Below are positions 1-11,416 of a stretch of DNA of 64,000 nt, one piece after another (position 1 is the stretch's first letter; every line of letters begins with the position of its first letter). This stretch comes from Acanthaster planci (taxonomy: Eukaryota), in NCBI RefSeq assembly GCF_001949145.1, contig NW_019091355.1, positions 680,083-744,082 of the forward strand, read 5' to 3'. The notes under the pieces were generated by a model. It had not been told where the DNA came from. It ran no database searches and saw only the letters and a program-made list of their open reading frames with translations. The translations under genes and the position numbers were made by a program.

Positions 1-1726
1 AATCTGATGGACAAACTTCCATTTCAATATTCTGTCTTCAACCAGACAAAAACCGAACGCCAAAGTGAATTGTCCTCTTACAGAATGCCTCTTTCAGACA
101 CAGTCTGACCTTGTACTGTTGTAGCAAGCGGCTACATTTTATACTACATGTGACTACAGTCAGGTCAAGTCTGCTATCCAAACTCTGTTTCTGCAAGAGA
201 CTTAATGACTTGAGGGGGCTGGAGCCTGACAAAGTCTTGTTAGCCCATATGATAAACTAAAAAAAAGGATGTTATATTTTACTGCTTCTACTCTGACCAC
301 GAAGTTTAAGTGTACACAAAATCTTTTACCCATGTGTATGTTCTTTCCAATCTTTTTTTTTTTCATTTTGTTGGTCTAAAGCACAAGGAAAAAAGTTACG
401 CACCTTGGTTTTCAACCAGACGAACAATCAATTGGGTCCATAAAAATAAACACATTTGACTTGTGTAAGTTATGTTGGTTCTTTTCCAATGAAAACACTA
501 ACGAAACCTCTAACACGGACTTTTGGCAGGTCAAGATATCATCCTTACCAATATCCTGTGATTAGAGCAAAGAAATTTCACTTGAAAATTGGAAACTAAT
601 GTCTCAAATCAAGAAGAAAGCCCAGAGATAAGTAAACTTCATGGATACTTGTCAAACCAATAAGTTATTTAATACAACTTTAAACTCATATTTATTACCC
701 TGCATTTATAAAAACGTCTTCATATCATAGGCTCATTGTTTTTTTTCGTGAAGATTTAATCCCAGATTGTTTAAATGAAAGCAATTTCTTCAAATGCTCT
801 AATTTCCTGAAAAAAGGGAGGATTAGTTTTATTTTTTTTGGTAACTTGAAAACAAAATGTTAAAAAATTGGGTTCTAGCTCAAGAAGAATTTAAAGGTCA
901 TTAAGCAGGCCATTGAAATAAACCCTTATTTGAGTCAGAACATTTAAAGAAGGGAGGTGTGGTTCCATAAATTTCACAAACAAGTTCTATTTCTACAAGA
1001 AAATCAAGACAATAAAAGTCTTTATTTCAAAACCCCCAAAAAACTTCAACAGTGATTTCAGAATTTTCAGTGTGTTCTGTGGCACGGTGTCACAGGTATG
1101 AAGACAAGCATTAAGAAGAAAATTAATACACATAAAACCATTTTAAATTATTCTACACAAAACTTATTACAAATAAATATGTACAAACAACCTGCTATTT
1201 TTTTGATTTTGTAGTTTGCAACTAAACGGTAAAAGTCTTACTGTTGTATTTCTTGCATGTTGTTACCCCACAAATGGTGACATAATCAAAGTTTTCTCAA
1301 TTTAGAATGGCATCGTTTACCAGGTTACTGAATGGAAAAGTGTTTTTGTCAAATTTTAAAATTTGTATCTGTATACTTGAAGAGAAGTTTTTTGCAGTTT
1401 AGTTAGCAGTACTATGGTCAATATTGTGCTAGAAATCTACAATATTTGTCACAAGACAAAATGTTGTGCTTTGAGCCAAGCATGTCTCAAGAAGATGATC
1501 GATGAATGAAATTTTTAAAAGTACAACTTTTGATCATTTTTTATATCTCTGGATGCCATTTTAGAGGCATCCAAATGAACCATATTGTTACACATATGTC
1601 TTATTTGGATCAACCTGGATACTTCGTTGGGCATGAATGGATATTTCTGCTGTATCACTGTTACTTTAGGACTAATTTTTTTTTCCTGATTAAAGAGCCT
1701 TCTTTTTTCCCGGCTTTATCGATTAA

Positions 1727-2133
1727 CCCTCACCCCCAGGCCCTTTTTGCTAGGAACCCTCCTCAATCCTTTGATTTCGGGGGCGAAAAAATTGGATTCT
1801 CCCTCAATCCTCCAAAATCCTCCAAAATTTCTTGAAAATGTTACTAGGAGGTGTGCCTACTGCCTCAATCCTTTAAAAGCCTGCGGCAATTCCTGTCATT
1901 ATGTTGAGGCAATGCGAATGGCATTCTTGAGCAGTGTGGTTGATTCAAAAGAAATATCGGGCTGAATTTATGCATGGCTAAGCAAAAACAACACAAGGTC
2001 TAATGTTAGTAACCCACGACCTTCACACATGGCATCCTTCGCAATCAGCCATGCACTTTTGCCATTCACCCTCAATCCTCCAAAATCCTCCAACAGAGCC
2101 CGAAGGATTTTGGAGAATTGAGGAGACTTAGGG
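1727..2133. mobile_element. piggyBac-like MITE
   Basis: TTAA (1723-1726) + CCCT... and ...AGGG + TTAA (2134-2137). Internal direct and inverted copies of CCTCAATCCTCCAAAATCCT. A related inverted fragment lies near 3141-3190. Confidence 0.6.
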
Positions 2134-2290
2134 TTAAACAAACAATTGGCCGCAAGCAAAAAATGAAATAAACAGTGCACTCTGCACTGATGAGCAAGCA
2201 GGTGTCATGTATGTCAGCAGCCAATCACAGTTTGAAATAATTTAAAGACTGAACTGATTTAAAGACAACAAAGTCCAGGATTTCTTACTT

Positions 2291-5200
2291 TCATAAATCT
2301 TCCTCTCTCCCGATTGGTTGGCTTGGGGCTGGGGCCGGGTCCTCTGCGGACTCTTCCATTCCAGTTGGGGTGGTGCAGAGCATGTTGACGCTAACTCGCA
2401 TGGGGAACTGTACGTGCTTGTCAATGTTGAGGACTACAGCTTCCTGGTGAAGAAATACATGTATTTACAACTGCTTACAAAATTGGTATGACACAACCAC
2501 TTCCGGGGGGGGGGGTGCGATATACACTAAGACATCAAACATTTGTCTGAAAGATCTTTCAACCAGAATTAGTGGAGAATCTAGGCCAGGAATTGAGCCT
2601 ACAATCACCTGTACTGCTGTTTGAGAGCTCTACCAAATGAGCTGTGATCTAGCTCTATAGTCTTGGTGCATAAACACTTGAGGGTGCTATTCACAAAAAG
2701 TATGGATGTACCCGCATTGGATATTTGGTGGCTACAGCTTCTGCTTTTGGCATTAGTATACCATAGTGTGTAGCCGTAGCCAAAGACAATAATGTCCATT
2801 TTTGGACATGGCTGTGAATGAACAGAAACTGGTTCTAAACCAAATCATTCACACTGCAAAGAAAGCTGATGACTTGATCAGACTGATTTGGGGCTTACCT
2901 CATCCTTACTGAGGCTCAATACCTTCAGATGACTCCTCTTCTGGTAGAGGACATGTCCCTGGCTGTCGTAGGAAATCACACGTACCCTGGATATATAGCA
3001 AAGGACGGAAAAACATTGACATAAACTTGCATTCACTTCTAGAGATGAAACAAAAACTGAATAACAGATGAAGATTCCTCAATCTGACTGTGATTTGCAA
3101 ACATGCAACTTTTATCCCTCTTGATCTTTCAAAATCCATCAGGTTTTGGAGGATTTTGCAGGATTGAGGAAGGCAGTAGGTAGGCCACTCTTGCTTTACA
3201 TGAGGCTTGAAGCCCCTGCACAGCTGAGGATTTAGAAATGTTCCTTAAATGTGACCTGAGCATTAGTACTACAAACTGAACTCTCTTCAGTCTCTTGTCA
3301 ATATTTAGCCAAGTCTAATCGAAATTGCAATTTTCCAGCTTCAAGCTTTTGTTTAACTAACTTTAAACTACAACCTAGTCTGTTTGGTGAGTGAATGATG
3401 TCTTACCTGAACATAATGTTGCGTGTGTTCTGCAGACTGACGCTGGCAAGCACTGGATGAGTGACGGTGTTTCGACGGAAGATGAGTAACCTGTGGTCGA
3501 GAGATAAACCAATCTGGATGTGAATCCAATTGTTTCCATGTTGGTATCAAACTACAAACATTGTCATAGTGAAAAAAACATGAGGCTNNNNNNNNNNNNN
3601 NNNNNNNNNNNNNNNNNNNNNNNNNNNNNNNNNNNNNNNNNNNNNNNNNNNNNNNNNNNNNNNNNNNNNNNNNNNNNNNNNNNNNNNNNNNNNNNNNNNN
3701 NNNNNNNNNNNNNNNNNNNNNNNNNNNNNNNNNNNNNNNNNNNNNNNNNNNNNNNNNNNNNNNNNNNNNNNNNNNNNNNNNNNNNNNNNNNNNNNNNNNN
3801 NNNNNNNNNNNNNNNNNNNNNNNNNNNNNNNNNNNNNNNNNNNNNNNNNNNNNNNNNNNNNNNNNNNNNNNNNNNNNNNNNNNNNNNNNNNNNNNNNNNN
3901 NNNNNNNNNNNNNNNNNNNNNNNNNNNNNNNNNNNNNNNNNNNNNNNNNNNNNNNNNNNNNNNNNNNNNNNNNNNNNNNNNNNNNNNNNNNNNNNNNNNN
4001 NNNNNNNNNNNNNNNNNNNNNNNNNNNNNNNNNNNNNNNNNNNNNNNNNNNNNNNNNNNNNNNNNNNNNNNNNNNNNNNNNNNNNNNNNNNNNNNNNNNN
4101 NNNNNNNNNNNNNNNNNNNNNNNNNNNNNNNNNNNNNNNNNNNNNNNNNNNNNNNNNNNNNNNNNNNNNNNNNNNNNNNNNNNNNNNNNNNNNNNNNTTT
4201 CATGAAATTGATGCATTTTCTATAACTTTTCCAGTTGATATTTTCTCCATTTTCTCCAAAGCTGATACTTTGAAACTTAAGAAGAGAGCAGTAAATGTGA
4301 AAAAGGAAAGGATGGTTGCAGTTCAGTGTCAAAAAATGGTCTCAATATTTGGTGATGTTTCGCGTTGTGAATGCCCAAACTTAGGATCGTGAAAATTGTT
4401 TGACTTACATCTGTTTCTCTTGAGATGACTCGGCCACAGCGTAGAGACAACTGATTAAACGTCTCAGCTGAAACGGCTTCTTCTGTCGGTCTGTGGACAT
4501 TTCAAAACAGCAAGACAGAAGACGAAGCCAAATTTAGCTTTGTGTGGCACTGTACAGCAGTCACAAAGGGCTAAGGTGAATTCTGTCATCAAAAATGAAG
4601 ACTTACATCCTTTGAGACGGTATTGAAATGAAGTATTTCTGTATTTCTTCACAGACACAATGAACCATTTCTACATACACACATGACACACACACCCCCA
4701 CTTGTTTTTACATACAAAGTGTGGACATTCCTTTGTTCTCCTGTGGTTAAGGCAACTTGGGAAAAAAAGGCTCCTTTTTCTCCCACTAGGATAACTCCTT
4801 CAAGCTGGATTTTTCATGGTGATTTCCTGGACTGTTCCTCTTCATTTTGCCACTAATAACCTTGACCCCAAAATGCCTCTGAAACTGTTTTTCAGAGAGG
4901 GGAAAACATTGTGTGGATGTGTGCAAGTCCACACATCGCCATCATACTCTACATTATGTGGACTTCTTTTGTGCAGAGGTCCACGCAATGTATGACACAA
5001 CTGTACAATAATTTTTCTATAGTTCACCCTTGGTTGAGGCCTTGCTCCAATCCCAGCATGCATTGCCACTGTTGCTGATACACTGGAAGCAACCATTCTG
5101 ATAGAGGGGAGGCAAATAAGACAAGGATTATACATCAATGTAGTTGAAAAGTATTAGCCTGTCACTCTACAACTACACAACCAACCACCAGAAATCACTG

Positions 5201-8200
5201 TTCCTGAATACAATAAGTTCGAATTGGCCTTGAGGTTGCTTTCACTGTACAAGGGATGCATTCTAGGTTTCTGGGTAATAACCTGCAAACAATCGTTCAG
5301 ATTTTCAAAGAGGCGATTTGTCTTACCGTTAGTTATGATGTGGTCTTTTTCTATATGTTTGCTGGCTGCTAGGTCATTGATGATGTGTTGCAGACGTACG
5401 CCACGGAATAAGGATACATACTTCTTGCCTCGTTCCGTCTCAAGGAACTCCCCTGGTTCTGAATAACCATAGATTGACCACAAACAAGACGTTTTACGTG
5501 CCTTCTGTTTTTATTATAATCTTGGAGTCTTTGACATGACTTTGTAACAACCAATAATCTGAATCTTGCTTTAAATCTAATCAACTCTAAGTACTTACTG
5601 TATGCCCTAAATAACATATCTGCATCTTTGCTGAGATTTTTGTAGTTACCGTTCCACGAAGGCATCAGTTTCAAAAACACAAACTGCAGGAAGACAAAGT
5701 CAAGGTTATTCAAATTTGTATATTAACCATCAAATCATGAAATCAATGTGGATTAGCCATCCCAAGAAGTCTGATTTGTAATAGACTTCAGGACATTTAC
5801 CAAAAGTTGAATTTGAGCTGTGTATGATTATACTGTGCCAAGTGCAATTCGTAAAAGGAATATTTCCAAACCTATTCTAAACTGAAAAAAGCAACCGTCC
5901 GTACCTTTTTGACCAAGGAGTAAACATCCATCTCCACTTGCAGCACAAATAGACTTGGTGACCTGATGACCTTCTCAAATAACTCTAAACTGTTGGTCAA
6001 AGGTTAAATAAAAGTTAATTGATCACAAAGCCACATACCTACTTTTCACTCCAACTCATAGAGCCTGCCTCTCAGATGGTAACATCAAGCCCCATGCGTC
6101 CTAATAGTGATTAGGCTCTACCTTCCTCAATACTACAAAAAGCTTCCCTAATGTACGGCTGGATTTTTTAGCATTAGGGCTGACAACATCCAAGCTTACC
6201 TTAATTCTCGAAGCAAAGAGGCCCGTTGCATGTCCATCAGGTTATGCTCTAACCAGCTGATGCAGCTAAAAAAGGATAAAGAAGTCAACGTCAGGAGAAA
6301 GCTGAAATTGAGATTTTCATTGAGGAATAACTTTGTCCCAGTTAACAGCTAGTCATGATTGCTTGGTTGGGAATGTGAAGGGGGAGTCAGGTTGGCATAG
6401 TGGTTCTTTCCTCGCCTTCCACCTCTGCGGCCCGGGTTCGAATCCTGGCCCGGTCCACATGTGGATTGGGTTTTCAGTCCCTACCTGATGCCATGGGTTT
6501 TACCCAGAATATTCCTTTCGGGTTTCCTCCCACCTCTAAAACTGTAACTGCTTCTCGCGGGGGCGCTTTTGAGGAATCCTTGGTGTCATTACCAGAAATA
6601 TATAATAATAATAAAAGACTTACTTTTGTGTGACCAGTTCTAAACCGTAGGCTGATGCAGCGGTGTGGTAGCAGCATACTGTCTTGGTGCTTTATGTGAG
6701 AAGGAAATAAAAAGAAAAGAAAGCTTATTTCAGTTTCAGTTATATTTTATATTTCAATCTGATGATGAGGCTGTATGTTACACCACATCTTTCACAAAGA
6801 CAACCCTTTAATAAGGTCCAGTTCAGGTGGCCTGTTCTTGACACGGGTTTCTTGTTCTCACACTCAAACGGCGGGAACACGACTCAAGAATACTGAACAG
6901 GATCACACACCACTTCTTCATCACGGTTTACACACGGAAAACCCGTGAGATGTTGATTTTTGAACAGCTGCAAAAAGTCGAGAGATGGCTTACAAAGCCT
7001 AAGACAACAGGAAGTTTTAGCAAAATTAACATTCATTATTTTCACAGAAATGAATGTTCCTGTTTAAATAGAAAAGAATTCAGTCAATCTAAACATTAAC
7101 TCTCAAATAACGTTCATGGACACCGCCATTTTGCATGTTGCTTGCCATTAACTGCCAGTAGCAATAGCTGCTTGTATGTTCCCGGCATTTGAGTGGCCGA
7201 CCCACGAACAACAAATCGAATTGTTCGTGAACATACAAGAACAAACTGCAAGAACTCAGCTTAAATGGTGACACGTACATATTCATGAGCAGTTTGAATA
7301 ACCAGAGCATGCAAATATGGTTGGAATTAATTAATTTACAAGCTTTGAATGCTAACTGAAGATTACCTTATTGTTTCTGTCATGATGTCGGCACACTGGC
7401 AAATCAGCCCATCCTAAAACCAAAGATATGCATGTCACACTTTGGGGTACAAGAACCATCAATAGCATTGTAAACTGCATGGTCTGAGTTATCCGATACT
7501 GAATTACCCTTAATATGACATTAGTTACCAGCTGTAGAAGTGAAGCCGCGGCCAGGATGGGGACCACTTTAGCAGGTTCCAGCATGACATCATCTCGATA
7601 CAAAGATCCTAAGGCCACTTCAAGTGCTGATAAAAACATGACCAAAAAAAAAAAAAAATATACAGAGCAAGTATTCAGACAGATCTCTTCTATATTGCGC
7701 GGTGCTTTTGAGAAGAACAGATGAGTGTGAACTCGAACGTTCTAACCAAGATACTCCGGTCGTCCTCAGGAGAGTCAAGCCTAGCTTAGCCTCCACCATG
7801 CAAAGTTTCCAATCTTACTTATTCATTTTTAATTTACCATTTGTGACCACTACCACAAGTTCCACCTTCAAAAGCATCAGCCGGCTTGATACCATCCAAA
7901 ATAACAGCCGTTTCCTTTTTCCATTAAAATAATAGCACCTTTCCTGGCTTGCAAATGAATTACAGTCCTGAGATTCTTTTCCTCCTGCAACGCTTTTGTA
8001 AGTACTCAAAAACGAAACTTGAATTGAAGTGGGCATGTGGAATATCAATATTTGTTTTACAATGCATTATCTCTCTGAAGTTACCGAGCCATGAAATTAA
8101 GTCGGGACTCTGTCTAGTGTACGACCAATACACAGATGATCCATGTTATTCTGAATCTTACCAGCAATATCTATGTTGCTGTCGGGAATATCCATCTTAA

Positions 8201-9532
8201 TCTCCTTTAGGTTAGATTCCTTCCACGAACCGCTGAACATGCTGGCAAAATAGCTGGACTGAAAGTTACCCAATAAAACAACTTGGCTTTAGACCACCTC
8301 AAGTGAACCTATTTTGACTGAAGCCAGATTTATACTTGGAGCAAATTTTACAGCTGACACTTTTTTGTTAAGTCTGAACCAACCTTTAACGGTTTCCACC
8401 TTGCATTAATGGCCTGTATGTTTGCTACATAAAGATACCCCCAATAAACTGTTGTCAGAGAAGTAAGCTGAATTATCAATATCAGAATCAAAACTGGTTT
8501 CCCAAATCACACGGATGTACCTGGCAGAGATATATTTTGTGCAGATACCATTCCTTTCCCAGAGCAAAGATCGTTATGTCTGAATTCTCTCCATTAACAA
8601 ACAGGGTGTCATAAATGTACTTGGATGTTGACTTCAACTTCTTCCTAAGAGAAGAAAAACAATAAATAAACTCCAATATGTTGCAATAGAACCACGCATT
8701 GTCAGTCATCAGTGAAAAACATTTCTTTTCATTCTTTTTATGTCAAAATAATATGTTAAAAATATAAGCTAATTCATCCTGCATTTACCCACAAACAGTG
8801 GAGAATCACAAAGACATCTAGAAATGAATTTGGTCACTTATTTCAATGAATTCAATTTACATTCATCTCTGTATCTGTATATTTAAGAAACCAATTCTGG
8901 CATTAGTGTCAAAGGGACAAAGCTGTCAGTTTTGTGCAAGTGTGGCAAACTTCATCCGGAGTGGGAAAACGGCAAACCTTTTTTTCCCTCAAAGGAGGAA
9001 AAGGCAAGTTTTCTACAATTAGCAACCTAGCAGATGGTTTACACCAAGTAGTGAACTGACATACCGATGCAATTTCAGCTCATAAAATCAAGTGGATGTT
9101 TAGTTATGCCTCTGGATATCCCGGATAAATTTTTCGAAAGAAATCCCTATGAATCGGGACAGGGCCCAGTATACGGCAGAGGAGTATTCCTCGGGCCCTG
9201 TTTACAGGTCTAGAGTGCAATGGATGTCAAACCCCACCACAGTCATGACAGTTCTGAGAAAACAAGATTTGCGACTTACTTAAGTACTTAAGTAAGAGTA
9301 AATTACCTACTTAAGTAAGAGTAAATTACCAAACATGTAACACTAATATAGCAAAAATGTTATTCTGAAGGACATGTAAGAAGTCTCTTTTTTGCACTTA
9401 CCTCTGAGGAGTTCTCATAATCTCATCCTCTTCACTATCATCGTCACTGTCATCTCGCCCCCTTTTTTTCTTCTGTTTCGGACTGAATTCTCTGCCACCA
9501 AGCCACCCTGGGACCGAAACGTAGCCACCCAT
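2291..9532 (-). CDS. GMCL1: Germ cell-less protein-like 1 (BTB/BACK Cullin3 adaptor)
   Basis: Phase-consistent GT-AG exon chain on the minus strand: 9532-9402, 8644-8521, 8258-8162, 7626-7529, 7413-7367, 6689-6624, 6265-6200, 5989-5905, 5683-5599, 5458-5327, 5097-5028, 4490-4409, [missing exon in N gap], 3490-3407, 2986-2899, 2443-2291 (TGA). The translation starts MGGYVS (N-myristoylation-type Gly2) and includes a basic KQKKKRGR stretch, RKKLKSTSKYIYDTLF, WYLHKIYLCQSSYFASMFSGSWKES (BTB), LFVLQVEMDVY, SLRCGR and LLIFRRNT. All match GCL/GMCL1 as I recall the family. Confidence 0.93.
3588..4197. other. Assembly gap (610 N)
   Basis: Run of N inside the GMCL1 gene. Confidence 1.
6381..6616 (+). 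mobile_element. tRNA-derived SINE in a GMCL1 intron (antisense to the gene)
   Basis: A box TGGCATAGTGG (6393-6403), B box GGTTCGAATCC (6435-6445), central GGGTTTCCTCCCAC motif seen in many metazoan SINE cores, and a (TAA)n/A tail at 6600-6616. Confidence 0.8.
9275..9330. repeat. 22-bp perfect palindrome overlapping a 23-bp tandem duplication
   Basis: CTTACTTAAGTACTTAAGTAAG at 9275-9296 is self-complementary. TACTTAAGTAAGAGTAAATTACC occurs at 9285-9307 and 9308-9330. Confidence 0.9.
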
Positions 9533-9715
9533 TTCCTGCCGACTTTCACCTCAATCAGACTTCAAAGTAACCCTCACCGACCATAGCTTGCTATGTAACA
9601 AAATAGCCAACTTACTGATCTCAGGATTGAGGATTCATAGCTTTAAATTAAAAACAACTCACATTTGTAACAACAGAGTCTCAGAGAAAAATGTTTCGGA
9701 AGTTCGCCAGTGGAA

Positions 9716-9741
9716 GCCGCCATGTTGATTCCGCCCTCTAG
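9716..9741 (-). promoter_or_regulatory. Probable GMCL1 promoter/TSS region with YY1-type motif
   Basis: CAACATGGCGGC on the minus strand (9727-9716), about 190 nt upstream of the GMCL1 ATG, next to a GC-rich box. Confidence 0.45.
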
Positions 9742-10919
9742 CATAGGCTGGTACTCCGCGCTAAAAAACAGCATTGTAGAGATAGGTTAATTATACAAAA
9801 AAATGTTCGTAGGCGGGGCTCGGGGTGAAGCCTATGAAGGCGGGGGGGGGTTGTATTGCCAGGGTGTTAGCGTTGCACTACAGTGCTGGACAGTGTGCAA
9901 AAATAGACAAAAATCTACTGAAGGAATTAGACATAAAGACGCAGGAAACTGATAAATCATCTTCTGAAAAATTTATGAACTTGTAAGAGGAAAGGTGACC
10001 GTCGAGTTTCTAGTCAGCTTGTGAACTTGTGGTTAAACCTTTCACATTTGGCTGAATTACTACTGCATTGTAAATCTCTCAAGGCAATTAGGAGATGTTT
10101 ACTAATCCTCACAGCCTTCCAATAGGAACAAAATAGTGTTTTAGCGCTTGAGAATGGTGGCGCCGACTTGTCCACGACATGGATTTTGTGTGAACCACGT
10201 GACAGCAATACGTCTCGCTCATTTGGGAAAGTTGCAGACTGATCCATTTCACAATGGGGGTAGTAATTCAGACAAATTTGTAAGCAGGGTATAACCTGGG
10301 GCCATTCAATTTGCAGACGACTAGCCACAGGGTGGAGGGTGACAGTGCTTGAGGCCAAGATTCAGTTTTTAGTAAGATGAGAGAGTTGAATCCATGTTGT
10401 GTCATGCATACCAACGATAAGGAGTGATAAACCGAAAACTAATTAATAAAAAAGTCTTTCCACGATCGAGGGTCTCATCTGTGGTTGTTGACGGGAGATC
10501 GATGAGATTGGCTGGTAGAAAGTTGTGGAAAGTAGTGAATTTTATATTGAGAAGTTGGTGAGCTGGCGAAAAGTGCTTGCAAACTTTCTCAGGCTTATTC
10601 TCGATTTTGGTAGCGAATCACCAACGTGTGGAAGGACCCACCAAATCCAGAAGTCAGGGAAAACAAGGGTAGCCAGCCTGGGGAATGTGAGCTACCATGC
10701 ACACTCTACCGTGACCAGAGAGAAAGCCCTACCGTTAGTGGCAGACATCATAATAGCAGAGATGCTGCATCCAACAGTTCCACCCTTTCTCGAGGGGGCA
10801 AGTGAGATCTTGTCTGTCTCCCTGAGGTGCTGTGGATACGCTCCAGAGTCCTCAACAATAGTACAGTGACCGCAGGTCATGCGGCAAAGGCCAAACCGAC
10901 CGCTCACATCAAGACACGG

Positions 10920-11280
10920 AACAATGGCCCCCGTGTTGTCCCTCTTTGACTCAATTAGTGGGTGATTCCTCGTTGAATGACAGCCAACCACTTGTCGTAC
11001 ACGCTCTAATGTCCCTGGCACACGACTGGATCAGCTTGCCAAACGGCTTTGTCCGTGTTTGGGACAGGTCCAGACAGATATTGTTGACTGTGTCCCCATC
11101 TAAAGCCAAACACACTCCAAATAGAAAACACAAATTGTCCAAAATAGTCAGACACCATTGTGCCCGCCAAAACCGTCGAAACCTGGATGCCCTTTAAGCG
11201 CCCTCTTTTGTTTTCCCCACCGATATAAGTTTCCCACCCGGGGTCAGAAGTGGTACTTTCCAAGATCTTCGTCCTCAGAC
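10920..11280 (+). promoter_or_regulatory. nodal proximal cis-regulatory region and TATA-like box
   Basis: Sox-type AACAATGG (10920-10927) and CATTGT (11156-11161); AP-1/bZIP TGACTCA (10947-10953) overlapping CAATTA; Smad CAGAC at 11071, 11149 and 11276; TATAA at 11224-11228. Confidence 0.5.
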
Positions 11281-11416
11281 AACATTGCTCAAATCTCCAA
11301 GTCCTACCAACAGCGTTTTTCACAAAGTGAATTTTGGAGTGGCCACTTAAGTTAATTCGAACTGCATACCATTTTCCCCTCGAGACACTTGACCGAAGCT
11401 CCGGAAGATATCAAGA

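Noticed and set aside
3368..4392. Three long ORFs (261-290 aa) in the ORF track
   Set aside because: They are artefacts of reading through the N gap.
4928..5000. Candidate GMCL1 exon after the acceptor-like TGTACAG near 5001
   Set aside because: It hits a stop in the required frame. The exon at 4490-4409 supplies the expected GP...RCGR sequence.
6381..6455. tRNA gene
   Set aside because: It has A and B boxes but continues into a SINE body and tail, and I could not build a convincing acceptor stem.
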